Source: Sarea resinae (lineage: Eukaryota). Taken from it: 64,000 bases of DNA. This document shows, one piece after another, positions 11,696-24,252 of the stretch; position 1 is the first letter of the stretch; each line of letters starts with the position of its first letter. Made by a program: the position numbers and the translations under genes. The DNA is taken from the NCBI GenBank assembly GCA_026026165.1, contig JAPEUD010000002.1, positions 496,001 through 560,000 of the forward strand, in the 5' to 3' direction. The notes beneath the pieces are model-generated. The model saw only the letters and a list, made by a program, of their open reading frames with translations, ran no database searches and was not told where the DNA came from.

Positions 11696-13095
11696 ATGGT
11701 AGAATCCGTGATACAGCTCAAGTGCTCTTGCAATGTGCGTTCTCTGGGTAACAGTATTGCCTGACCAAGACAGAGATGGACTGACTCCAATTGCAGAATT
11801 ACCCATGGGGCAAGAAAGGGCACGAGTCCCTGGCTGCCAAGCTATGCTCAGGAACGCCAGGGACTGGTTTCAAGATCGAGGAGAGCAAGGAGTATGCCGA
11901 GGTCGGACTTGCCTTAGATCGCGCATTGCCACCGAGAGTCTCCGCTAATTCGATGGCGTAGATGTGGATGGGGACCTATCCGACCCTGCCCTCCTATGCT
12001 CTGTCCACTGGAGAAGACCTACAGGCCGTACTCGATTCGAACAAAGAGACCCTTATAGGGAAGCCCGTATTGGAAAAGTTCGGGACGAATCTGCCTTACC
12101 TGCCAAAGGTTTGTCACAGCTCGCCATATCCTTCATAGCCCTCGGTAGAATCTGACCAAAATGACTAGATTCTGTCGATAGCAAAAGCTCTGCCTTTGCA
12201 GATTCACCCTGATAAGGATCTTGCCGGTCGTCTTCACGAGAAGAACCCAGAGAAATTCACTGACCCTAATCACAAGCCTGAGATTGCGATTGCTCTGTCC
12301 AAATTTGAGGTCTTTATCGGATGGAAGCCAAATCAAGAGATCCAGGCACTCTTCGGCCTCGAGCCTCTAAAATGCTTCCTTCCCGATAAGCACACTCATT
12401 TCAACAATGAGACCCTGAGACATATCAGCAGATCCATCCTCGAGGCGTCCGAGAAGACTATTGAAGAAGTTCAGAACAAGTTGATGGCATTGCCGAAGCA
12501 GGCGTTCCGAAAACAAACACACATCCCGGAGCTACTGCCTCGACTACAACAGCAGTATTCAAAGCAAGATTCAGGAAACCTGGTTGCTCTCTGTCTGATG
12601 AACTTTCTGGTCTTGCATCCTGGAGACGGGATTTATGTGCCTGCCGACGGCATCCACGCATATCTTTCCGGCGACATCGTAGAATGCATGGCTAGATCCA
12701 ACAACGTTCTCAACACAGGCTTCTGTCCACGTGCAGACCGCGATAGTGTCGACATCTTTGCTGCGGCGCTAACATTCAGTCCACATACTGCGGACGAGTC
12801 GATTCTTCATTCCACAGTCTCCGAGAAAGGCACGGGAAAGACGAGAGTCTACGCCCCTCCCTTATCCGAGTTTGCAATGTTGGCGACAAATCTCAAGGGA
12901 AACGAAGTTGAAACCTTAGCAGCCATCGAAGGCCCAAGTATCCTGTTCGTCGTTAGTGGAGACGGCACGATGAAGGCGAATGGAAAGGCGCATGAGATCA
13001 AGGAGGGGTATATTTATTTCATTGGCCATGGCGTTGGACTGACCTTTGAGGCAACGAATGGTCTAACCGTTTATATGGCATACGCTGAAGCTTAG
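11696..13095 (+). CDS. Mannose-6-phosphate isomerase, class I
   Basis: Four exons: MVESVIQLKCSCN | NYPWGKKG...EYAE | MWMGTYP...LPYLPK | ILSIAKALPLQIHPDK...DPNHKPEIAIAL...HAYLSGDIVECMARSNN. Zinc ligands Q-I-H, E and H are present. Confidence 0.92.
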
Positions 13096-13185
13096 TGGAT
13101 ATCTGGAGAGCATACCGCAATACACCCCTAGAAAGTCAATGAAGGCGTTACAGTCTAAATGTGTTCGTTTGAAAGAATGGGCCTG

Positions 13186-14067
13186 TCAACAAATAGCTTT
13201 GCTTGCCAGCTCTTCATATTCCTCTCCAATAACGTTGCCTTCCGTGTCTGTAATTTTCCGAGCCCCCATTTTACAGATAGCCAGCTTCCCGAGAGTGATA
13301 TCTTTTGCCCATTCAAATCCTTGGTACTTGTCCACAATCTCTCCAGCATCGATGGTCAATTTCGAACGATATTTGCCGTGGCCTCGTCGAGCCGAGTCAC
13401 CACGAGGCTTTCTACCCACGGCGTATATCGTGTTCAGAATCGTCGCATGAAGCTTTAGCGGCCGGTCATCAGGAAGCAACAATTCAGCCTCTCGAAATTT
13501 CTCTTGGAGGGTTTGACAAAAGGGCAAGATGCGATTTGTCGGATCCGAAGGATGCGCGTAGAGAATAGAGGTTTTGGCTTTTGGGTGCATCGAAACCAAA
13601 GATGAAAGTGAAATGATCAGAGGTTGCACTTCGGACGTTATCTGGGACGCGGTCCTGTCGGCGGCATCGGTGGCGGCGTGCTCGTCCAGTGAGTCTGAAA
13701 CACCAACGCGGTCTTCACCATCGCCTGCAGCGGCGCGGCCAGTTTCTCTGCCCTGTGCAGCTTTCTTCTCCGACGGCCCTTGTGCCGATTTCCCTCCAGC
13801 TTCCAGTAGCATTTGGCGGAGGTCGAGGTCGCGTAAGAAATTCGCGGCGGCCTCCAGGCGCTCAGGTCCTAGAAGGCTCATGACACCAAGCGTAAGATGC
13901 AGTGTTCCCAGTGGCCGCACCACCCTATTAGATGTAATGAATCCCCCTTCATTATCCTGAAAGTCTTCCGAGGAGAATCGAAGGAGAGATTCTTGCAGTT
14001 GCGGCCGCGAGGTTTCGGTGACGAGCGGAAGACATAGGAAATGTGTGAGAGTGGGCTTCGGAGGCAT
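13186..14067 (-). CDS. AKAP7-like / ASCC1-like 2H phosphoesterase domain protein
   Basis: 293-aa intronless ORF with LTHFLCLPL start and two HxT motifs (LHLTLGVM, LHATILNT). Confidence 0.8.
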   Translation of the reverse strand: MPPKPTLTHFLCLPLVTETSRPQLQESLLRFSSEDFQDNEGGFITSNRVVRPLGTLHLTLGVMSLLGPERLEAAANFLRDLDLRQMLLEAGGKSAQGPSEKKAAQGRETGRAAAGDGEDRVGVSDSLDEHAATDAADRTASQITSEVQPLIISLSSLVSMHPKAKTSILYAHPSDPTNRILPFCQTLQEKFREAELLLPDDRPLKLHATILNTIYAVGRKPRGDSARRGHGKYRSKLTIDAGEIVDKYQGFEWAKDITLGKLAICKMGARKITDTEGNVIGEEYEELASKAIC

Positions 14068-14988
14068 ACCTGGCTTTCAAGGTCGAACAAACGAACCTCA
14101 CACGGACTTGGGTGGGCTTATGGGAGGCCGTGGCGCGAGATTGAGTTGGCATACCCAGAATGGACAGGCGAGGAGGCCTGGCGGTGGAGACATAAGGTTA
14201 TCCCCCCATCCATGGACTGGGTCAGGGATTCGCGAGCATGATTTGATCCGGTAAACGCTGTGTACCAAACTTGCGATACTTTGGCCCATCCATCCCGGCC
14301 TTTTCGAATACAGTCTAACTCAAGTTGCGGATGATTGCAATAAGAATTGTCAGATCCCACTTGACCTAGCAAATTCTTTGATCTACTCCGGACTATATGA
14401 GAGCATTCGCTACGGTAAGTTGAATGGCTTGTAAGTCTCTACTTGAGGTAAAGAAGTGCTCGTCCTTATAGTATATTCAGGTAACACAGGGCGAACATCG
14501 AATGTGAGATCAGTAATCCGAAGTCGAGCGAGGCACCATGCTACATGCAAGTAAAAGTTTGGATCAGCAGCACCTCTTCCCGCCTATTTCATGGTCAGGT
14601 CAGAACATGGCCTTCTCTGGTCTCTGATCAACGTTGTATGTTGTATCAAGAGAAATTTTACAAAAGGGTGTTTTTATGGATGGATGTAATTGCAGGGTAG
14701 AACTGTGGGTTTTGAACATTTAGACCGTTGGCATGGGAACTGTCGAAGTATGATCAACTAAGTAGATTGCGCAGAGGAAAGAGTCATAATGAATCAAAAC
14801 AATTCGCTGAAGAGTCCGATGCGCCTGCAATGATACCAAGTTGGACATTTCTAGGGGCATGCATGGGGATGCTTGACAGGCCCGACCACACCAAGGCAAA
14901 GCATCCATCCACAATCCAAGGCGCATCAGGATGCCATCTCACCCTATCCGTTCCCATTATGCCGGTGCCCATAAGCGGCGGCACCACT

Positions 14989-15593
14989 TCACGAAGTGTC
15001 GTGATAGAATCGTTTCAAGGCCTTTTCTGCCTCGGCATACTCCTTTTTCACCTCGACCAATATGTCCTTGATGCGATTCAGGCATATCTGACTATCCGGC
15101 TCGTCCGCTGTTCCCGTCTCATCCTTCTGTGCACCATAATGCTGTATCTTTTCGCAGCTGTCCTTGACCTTGGTAAGACCAAGAGTTGCGGATGACCCCT
15201 TCAGAAAATGGCCCAAGGATGAAAGCTGTTCAAGGTCTCTTTTCTCTCTATCGGGACGAAGTCAGCGTCTGATGTCCTTCTGATCCGCAGATCAGGGCTC
15301 AACTTACACGCTGATTTCCATTTTCGAGAAAGTGGCCTCAGCCTGCTCGAAGAAGCCATATACAATGCTCTTGCTGAATTCCCTCTCGTCCTCATCATCA
15401 TCCATCTCAAGAATTTGCTCGAAGGTAACGGGATCTATGCTGTCCCCTAATTCTGGGAGACCCGTAGACCCCTCTTCGCTCTTCAAGCAAAGCTACGTCA
15501 GTGCTACTATTCTGATTCCCAAGGGTAACAAGGGCAATAGAGCGTATGCGATGGGCTTACCCTGGTCTCGGAGCTCTCAGCCCTGCTCGTCAT
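14989..15593 (-). CDS. YPD1: Histidine-containing phosphotransfer (HPt) protein Ypd1
   Basis: Exons MTSRAESSETR | ...FEQILEMDDDEDEREFSKSIVYGFFEQAE | ...LGHFLKGSSATLGL (phospho-His motif HFLKGSS). Confidence 0.92.
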
Positions 15594-16730
15594 GATGGTT
15601 GATTGTGAGACTTGCTCTAGGCGCTGGACGGTGCTCGTGAATCGAATCACAGCCTACGATTATCGGAGGTTGAAAGTTGATCTCTCTTCGTTTGTACTCG
15701 TGAAAGCCTTGATGCCGGGTCTTTCACACGTCAAGGAATGAGATCAGAGAGAACAGCCGAGAATCAGTACTCGTGGTAGTAAGGACCAAAGTAGGCGCGG
15801 TAGTAGAGTAGTAGTAGCTTTGCAATTCAATTCGCTTGTGAAGTGAAAGGTGGGTGGCAGAGTGAGCAGGCGTGAGCGCAGGGTGTCCTGACGAGCTCGA
15901 CCCACCTGAAGAGACGAGGCGGAAACCGTCGAGATCGAGCAAGAGATAGCGCGGTCCTAGATGCCAGTGACCACCAATTCCTAGCGTACTGTATGCGCTG
16001 GTTTGGTCCCTTCGTCTTGTCCGTCAAGTGGTTCGCAGCGCGCGGTTACACTGACACCGACACACGAAGACACCTAATCACGAGAGGAGCGATGAGCCCG
16101 GTGCGGGAAAGTCTGCAGGTGACGACGTTGCTAGTTCAGAGAGGGGTGAAGGATGATTGATTGTGGATCGTCACTGCGAGGTGGGGTTCTCCTTAGGGGT
16201 CATCAATACTCGCGAACTGGTCGATTTTTCCCCTACAGTACCCAGCACTCTGCCTGAGGAACTTGCTCCGGCGTAGAGTACGAAGTACGACTGTCAAGCC
16301 ATGGATCCAGCATCCATGCTGCGATATCATATTATCTATAAGAGACATCCTTCCACAGGTGGCCTCGACGTTGCTAGCAGGCACTCCAAAGACATCCATC
16401 CCCTTGAGGCCGTGGTTGTGAGGCGGGACTGGTACTGCTACCTGTTCAGGTAGTGGCATCCCTTATCCACCTATCCACCTATCCACCTCTCTAAGGTAAG
16501 GTAGGGGTTCACGGGGGTCTCGATGAGGTCATCCGCTGTCATCATTACTGGGGCCTTTACGATGTGCCGACATGCCGTTGGAAGAACCAACGGATAACAT
16601 CAATGGGTGGAAAAACAAAGTGAAGAGAAAGAAAGAAGCAAAAAGGACACGCGCACGGCAAGGTAGGTGTTCTCGATATATCTGAGGAGTAGCCATCACC
16701 TTACCTTACCTACTTTACCTACACGCCTGC

Positions 16731-16762
16731 CTACCTACCTACCTACCTACCTACCTACCTAC
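16731..16762. repeat. (CTAC)8 microsatellite
   Basis: Read directly; flanked by further TACC/TACCT units. Confidence 0.9.
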
Positions 16763-17353
16763 CTCCACTCCCACCTATCCATCCGTCTTAGGTAATACCG
16801 TATTACTTGGCATGCAGCCCCCTTCTACGCCGAGTGATATCGAGAATGTTACCATAGGGATAAGTCTACGAGATCTTCGTTGTTGTATGATGGAGCGGAG
16901 ACCCTTTTCGTAAGTTGGTCTTGATTGGTGGGTCTACGCCGGCCCCAGCTGTCAAAGGTAGCATTACTCTTGCGACTCCATAGCCAAGTACTGCAGCTAC
17001 CACGAGTATTTTACTGCTACTACCTCACTCTTCCCTACAACTGTACATGTCTTGCTATTATCCCAGACCCGCAATGAACGTAAATGGCCATACCACTTGA
17101 GCGCAGGTGGGTGTACGGAGTAAGCATAAGCATCACCGGCAAGAGCTTGCCTATTTCTTGGAGACTCTCCATGAAAGCGTCGCCGTCTGGCCGCGTCTAG
17201 ATCAGCAGGGGTTGGAGTTCCAATCACCCACCTTACAGGTACCTTAAATTTACCTTTAGCCACCTTTTTGAAAGAACCCCCCAGGCCGTGGACAATCTCG
17301 CGGATGATGTCAACACACAGGCGAGACCCCTATCAAACTTACCTGGGCTGGTA

Positions 17354-17394
17354 GTACGAAGTACGAATACTCGTACTTCGTACGTATTCGTACT
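17354..17394. repeat. Nested inverted repeats
   Basis: GTACGAAGTACGA (17354-17366) pairs with TCGTACTTCGTAC (17371-17383). Alternatively AGTACGAATAC (17360-17370) pairs with GTATTCGTACT (17384-17394). Confidence 0.85.
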
Positions 17395-18423
17395 GGCCGG
17401 GCTGGGACCTTACGGAGTACTCTACTGTGTGAGGACACCCTCACAAAGGAAAGTACTCGGAGTACGAAGTATACATAGTATCAATCAATCTATGTCCTAT
17501 CCTGCGTGCTTTGAGTAAGGTAGATGCAGTTTCACGCTCATGTAGTGATCTTCTATGCCTCGGTAGCTAGATATCCTGGCTTTCCTCAATTCAAATTGTC
17601 GATCATCCCGCGTACCTCAGATATCCAGAGTACTTTGTACCCCGCCTCGAAGGAGGGAGGAGAGCGTAAACTCAACTACGCATCAGGAGCAGATGATTAC
17701 TTGTGCCCTGGATCAGCGCTACTAAGCCGGTATTTTACGGCAGATCCAGTACCGAAAATTATTGTACGGCTTCTGCCGTCGGGAGTAGGCAGCTAGGAAT
17801 AGGCGTGAGATCTTCGGAAGAAGTGGACTGTCCAAAGCCCCCTCTCCCTTCAAATCTCTCCACTCACTTTTGAGAGTATTATTGAACAGGACCGACGTAA
17901 ACCGTGATACTTGATTGAAATTGTCAATTGAGAGGAACTACTGCATGCCAAATGAGATTGTCGATCATAAGTGCCTCCCACAAGTTTCTATACTATACAG
18001 GGTTTATTTTTACCCTAACCCCTACTTGTAGTACTAGAAATTTATATTAAAAAACAAAAGTCTGCACGGGTGAAGCGACTACTCTAAGACTGTAAAGACA
18101 GCTGCATTAGGGTCTAGATTGTCAGGAGTTTGATATCGGCGCAGAGGCATCTCGCATCACAAGCATAGTCATGATTTTGCTAGCTGACTTCTCTGTTCTC
18201 ATAGACCTCTGTTTATCTGACCTGAATCCATTCGAGCGGGTAGATTAACGCGGGAACGGCCTGAAAATCGCAATGGCAGATCGTCGATGGAGTTCGGTAT
18301 AAGTCTCTATCGAGATTTATAGGCGCAGTATTGACCATCATCTCAACCGCAAGGCTTTCGCAGGAGTGCGGAAACATTCACCTGTTATGCTGGGCAGTAT
18401 ATGCACATTGATGTCAGGGATAT

Positions 18424-20112
18424 CTACCCAGTAATCTTATAGATGGATTCAGCGAGCCGTTTCACATTGCTGGAAGTGATTCCTGCCACGGAAATTCGCC
18501 CATCCTTTGTGGCATACACGGAGTGCTGGAAATCTGATTAGGCGATTGTTTTCTGGATCTGGTGGATGCTTTACCTCTTTTGCCAATACATTCATCTGTT
18601 CGGGCTTAAGGCCTGTGTACGCGAACATACCAATCTACAGCGCAATTTTAATTATGATGAACTAAGGGATTATGGAGAAAACTTACCTGGGATGTGATAT
18701 GGCTCCAATCATGCTTACTGCCCAGCTTTTCGAGGTTCTCTTTCAGTAGAGCACGCATACTAATGATACGATCTGCCATCTCCTTGACTTCGGCAAGCCA
18801 TTGTTGTTGCAGCTTGGGGTCATTGAGAATCTGTGAGGCGATGCGGGCACCATGCACAGGGGGGTTCGAGTACAATGGCCGGACAAGGATTTTGATCTGG
18901 GAGTCTACACGCTTTTTCTCCTCCGCTGATTCGCAAACGATCGAGAAAGCTCCAACTCGTTCACCGTACAGACCCTGGCACGAGCTGTAAGTAACGTGGC
19001 AATCAAAAATGGTCACCGGACTCACCATGTTCTTTGCAAAGCTCTGAGCCAGGGCAACACCATGGCCTTCCTTGACAAAATGCCTTACAGCAAAAGCGTC
19101 CTTATCTGTGTTGCCACTGGCAAATCCCTGGTATGCCATATCGAAGAATGGATAGTGGCCACCCTCCTTAATAGCATCACTAATCTTACGCCACTGTGCC
19201 TCAGTAGGATCGACTCCGGTTGGATTATGTGCGCAAGCATGCAGCAAAAACAGGCTTCCTTTAGGAGCGGCCTTGATGTCCTCAATCAGTCCCTCAAAGT
19301 CAAGGCCAATGGTGTCTTTGTTATAGTAGCGGTATTTCTCGACCTGCAACCCCGAGTCCTTGAAGACCGCATTGTGGTTTGCCCAGCTAGGGGTAGGAAT
19401 ATAGATTTTCTTGGATCCGGGGTAGAAGCGCTCAAAGAAAGCACCACCGATGCGCAAAGCGCCCGTGCCTGAGATTGACTGTGTGATAGCGACACGATCT
19501 TCCTTGATCGGGGTAGAGTCTGGGCCGTATGCAAGAAGAGCTGCGGCCTTGGTAAAGGCTGGCACACCTGTAATTCCAGCATATTCCTTGTCCATGGCAG
19601 CGTTCACGATTGTCTGCTCAGCCGCACGCACCGAAGGAAGGACGTATGGCTTTCCAGAGTCATCACGATAAGCTCCAACACCTACGCCGTTTCGAGACTC
19701 GTTAGACGGGAGCGAAACAGAGCAGCTATATATTGGGTTGCCAAAGCTCACCGAGGTTGATTTTCTCCGGGAAGCTGTCAGCTTTGAAGGCTTCGGTAAT
19801 TCCTATGTACTCTCATTAGATTTCTGGTAAAAAAAGACAGGGCATGAAGACTGTACCAAGGATGGCCTGACGACGAGATTGGTCAAGTCATTAGCAGACG
19901 TCAATTTGACGGGAGCTCACAAGATACATACATCCTATCAATAATGTCAGAGCGCAAGAAGGCTACAGAACTATTTGACCGCAGCTTGTACTCACTGGTG
20001 GACCCTGGGGAATGTTGGCCCAAGTGGAGGCTGGGCGAAGCACCAAGCAGCCTCGCTTTGCGATACCGCGTAGGGTAGCTTGCCTGCCGACTGATCTTGT
20101 CGCGCAGAGCAT
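18424..20112 (-). CDS. Mitochondrial aspartate aminotransferase
   Basis: Presequence plus [48 protein letters not shown]-lysine motif SFAKNM|GLYGER, ending [27 protein letters not shown]. Multi-exon gene including micro-exons 19934-19932 and 19866-19857. Confidence 0.95.
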
Positions 20113-21313
20113 CGTGACTTTCAATTGTCAACCGTGATGGTAAGGCAGATCAATCAAGACGACCCTGGGAGAAGGAAAGGTAAGACCCAAGAACAAGAAC
20201 CTCAGGAGAATGAGCCCAAGAATTCAGAAAGGTCGAATGGACACCTTGGTGAAACGGCTGCGCGATTGGGGGGAAGACGCGGAAGAATGGATATAAGGAT
20301 ACTGCTGCGATAATATTATTGAGTGACAAGGTCCCAAAAAGAATTCCTTACCAGGCCGGAGCGCGCGTATGACTCCCCGAAGTGGCCCGTGCAGGAGGTC
20401 TCCCGTGTGTCCCGGGATCATGGTCGGGAAGACGAGACGGCGCAGGCTAGGCGAAAAGAGCTGTTTGCAGCCAACAGGATGACAGGATTCACACTCCGGT
20501 TGCCTCGTACGAGAACCAAGATCATGCCAGGGCTGCTCTCTGAATCTTACGGGCCGAGACTAATGTGGCAGCAGCAGCCGAGTATCATGACTGACATCAA
20601 ATGGATAGCTTCGCGCACACCCACTTGGTCCAGAGTACCGTGTCTAACAGATTCAGCCCTGAAACCGATACTGGAACATCTCATGGACCCTTCGTTTCAG
20701 CAACTCTCATGCTGTAGCTTCGACCATCAATCTGGCATCTGAAGTATCCATATATACCTTAGGTAAGGTAGTACTTCAGAACACAGTATGTTGAGGTCTG
20801 TAGATCTCTTCAGCAATCTATTCTAGGAGGGGTAAGGAGGTAATCATGAAGTATCTACCTGTGAATACTCCGTAATGTAGTAGTGACTCATAGCATCCAC
20901 GGATGTTCAAGAAGGCCCGAATATACACAGCTTATCAACCGTATGAAATACATTTATATGAACTCGATCAGCTCTCTCGATCTCTCCACCAAAGGATTAA
21001 GTATTTATCCGTCGTACACATGAACAAGGCGGTCATGAATTTCACCATGAGTGAAGAGCAGAAATGATTCAATACCATGTGGACGTCTACAGATCATGTG
21101 CCAGGAACAAGCAACTAAAACTGGTTTGCAATACGCCAGAGATCGCTGGAATCCACAAATATCAAAACTTTTTCGTGCGCACTCCGGTGCAATTCACGAA
21201 ATCGTGTCATTGCAGCGAGTAAACGCCATTCTTCGAGCCCGGAAATGCCTCTCTTTCACCACAGATGCAGACTATCAACTTTGAGTGCGATGCCGTCCTT
21301 CAATTGAGCACCC

Positions 21314-23028
21314 TTATGAGGCAACATCGGCTCTCGACTTCTTAGTGGGTGGCACGGGTGCTTCTGCTGCGACCTTCTCATCCAGCGACCTCTTCTCCTT
21401 CTCGCCGCCGATCTCCTTCTCCTTCTCGGCGAATTTAGCTTTCTCCTCTGCTGTGAGATCAGGTAACAGCGGCTTGTTATCCCTAGAGTGCAGATTCCTG
21501 TAGAACGTGCGAATGATACTATCCGCATCGTCTACGGCGATTGGACGTACATCTGCCATTGCCTTGATCTTGGCCGTGCACTGCTTGCACTGCTCGTCAG
21601 ACAACTCGATGTTGAGCTGAGTAGCACGCGATTTGATTGCGTTCCACCCAGTCAATCGCGAAGCAAAGTGAACGTATCTGGTCAACCCAAAATCGGCGGG
21701 ATTGATGATTTCATATGTGCTTGGATTATTCAAGATAGCCTTGGCGTGGATGCCGGCTTTATGAGTGAAAGCACAAAATCCTGTAATGTAGTTGTTGAAG
21801 GGGATATTGACTTCAACGGCAGTAGCGACGAGGTCTTCGATGTCCTTGAGTTTCTCAAGCCGGTACTTGCTCTTAACGTAGTCTCTATCGGCTGCGATCA
21901 TCCTTGCCATCAACCCTCCCAGAGGGGTGATACCATTTCGCTCTCCGATGCCAATCACAGAGGTATCGATATGAGTCGCACCAGCTTCAAGTGCACAATA
22001 AGCATTTGCAATGGCACAGCCAGTGTCATTGTGGAAATGGCACTCGATGTCACAGCTGACCACTCCCCGTAAGGTTCTAACCAGGTCATAAACCTGTCTG
22101 GGTGAAGCACATCCTACTGTATCGGCGATACCAACTCTGTTGACACCAATTTTGTCCACGGTAGAGTAAATAGACAACAGGTCGACCAAATCGGAACGGA
22201 AAGAATCCTCGCTGGAAAATCGAATTTCAATACCCTTCGATTTGACGAAGTTGATGACCTCAATGGCGGTATTGGTAATGTAAGTCATATCCTTGCCATG
22301 CGAATGTTCGCGGAGGTAGGAAGAAGTGCCGATGACGACATCGCTATGAATTACAATCAGCATGGCTTCGAAGCAAACACGAATTACAAGAAACATACAC
22401 TCCATCAACACCGGTTTCTACAGCAATTCTAGCATCATCCATGTGGCATCGGATATGAGTGAGCACCTGCGGTTTTCAAGTCAGCGAGGGTCTTCGATAC
22501 ATCTACCGGTGCAAGCCTACCTTGGCTTTCAACCCAAGTTTGCAAATTGCCTCGCAGTCTAGTCTTGATTGTTCGGATGCAGCCGGACTCGTCAACTCGA
22601 TCTAATACATATGAATTCGGTCAACTCACTTGTTCTTCACAGAACGAGGCACCTTTGGCTTCCAGGATCAGAAAGACTCACGTAATCAACACCGAACTCA
22701 TCCAAAGCCCTAGCAATCTCGATCTTCTTCTCCGTATCAAAGAAAGCATTAGCGAATTGCTCTCCTTCCCTCAAAGTGCTCTCGATGATCTTGAATCGTG
22801 AGACGTTGCTCAGGAAATCGCCGACCGGTTGGTAGGGATTTCTTGAGTGGATGTGAGGGTTTTGGCCGGTCTGAACCGCGGTGAATCCTTGGTGAGCTAG
22901 AAGATGTTTCAGCTATAGTCAATCGCAGCTCAGAAAATACTCAGCTTACATTCAGAAGAGCTGCCATTGGTGCCATTGGTATGGCCATTGGCGTGGCCGT
23001 TCGTACCGTCCTCGGCCGTTGGACACAT
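21314..23028 (-). CDS. LYS21: Homocitrate synthase (alpha-aminoadipate lysine pathway)
   Basis: Spliced. [86 protein letters not shown]. Confidence 0.95.
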
Positions 23029-23156
23029 GTTGTAAGTAGTGAGCACAGCGTATGCCTTGAATGTATTGTAGAAAGGGCGGATGAGTGCGGCGTCTCAGTG
23101 TCGGGTGGACCAAGATCAGGAAGAGCTGCAATGATAAATGTGACTGTGTCGAGCAG

Positions 23157-23163
23157 TGACTCA
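23157..23163. promoter_or_regulatory. Gcn4/CpcA-type response element TGACTCA upstream of homocitrate synthase
   Basis: Exact TGACTCA about 130 bp upstream of the ATG at 23028. Amino-acid biosynthesis genes are classical cross-pathway control targets. Confidence 0.5.
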
Positions 23164-24252
23164 ACTTCGTGGATAGGTAAGGTAGGTACTCGTCGAGGTT
23201 CGTTGCGTACTACCACTACTCTACCTACTATTACTCTCCAGGGCAACCTCAATCGGCAGATGGTAAAGAGGCAAAATGCTAGTTAGACTACTATGCATCA
23301 ATAATAATGCCCGTGGTTACTAATAATTACCTACTTTACCTAGGTACTTTGAGGTAGGTAGTGATCCACTGACACAGGCTTTACATTTACTTGGTATGCA
23401 GTATTTTTTAAATTTTTATGAAATGTGCGGCAAGGATCTGCTGCTGATCGCTTATTGTGTGTGTCTCTTCTACCTATGTATATGCGCAGATCTGTCACAT
23501 ATCTAGGTACTGCATACTTGGTGTTCTCTTCACGAAAAAGGTACCTGCAGTGCTCCAGCTCGGTCTCTTGTCTGTCTTCTGTGTGCGCACCGACGATCTT
23601 TTCTTTTGCTTTTCGCGGGGAACGACTCGACAGAGTCTGGACCAATCGGAGGCCAAATCTCGATTGGCACTGCAGCTCTAGTCCTTCTAGCCCCATGCAC
23701 CCCATCCGGCGAGTCGGCGACATCGGCCATGATTTTCCAGGATTGATTGCACCATTCAGTCACATCACTATTAGTCAAACATCATCTCATTTGGAGGTGG
23801 AAACTGCAGATTTTCATGGGCATAACGGGACTTAAGGGGACTAGTTCCACGGAGTGACGGAGCGCTTGGAGTTTTCGTACTCCATCTAGCATTTGGATGC
23901 GGTACACAGGCCAGGCCATTGATTGAGCTCTATTCGATCCGCCCAAGCACATGGACGATGAAGATATGAAGTTGGTCTGGAGCAAAGAAAGAAACATCAC
24001 CTCGAGATTATAACAAAATTGACCGATCAAGCTTGAGTAAGTAGGCTTGGAGAGTTTGTGACTACACTGTATTGATCTACATCTCGCCTCTTCTCCACTT
24101 TAGCATCCTCGGTTTGTCCTACGTAGCCCTTGGGTATGAACAAGACAGTCCAAGAACAACGTAGGTAACTTACTGCTTTGACAATCTCATGCAGCCCAGG
24201 ATTTCAGGCTTTACTCGGAATATTAATTTATCGGTGAATGACGGCCTAACAA

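Noticed and set aside
18011..18026. CCCTAACCC telomere-like unit in an AT-rich patch
   Set aside because: Only about 1.5 units; expected by chance.
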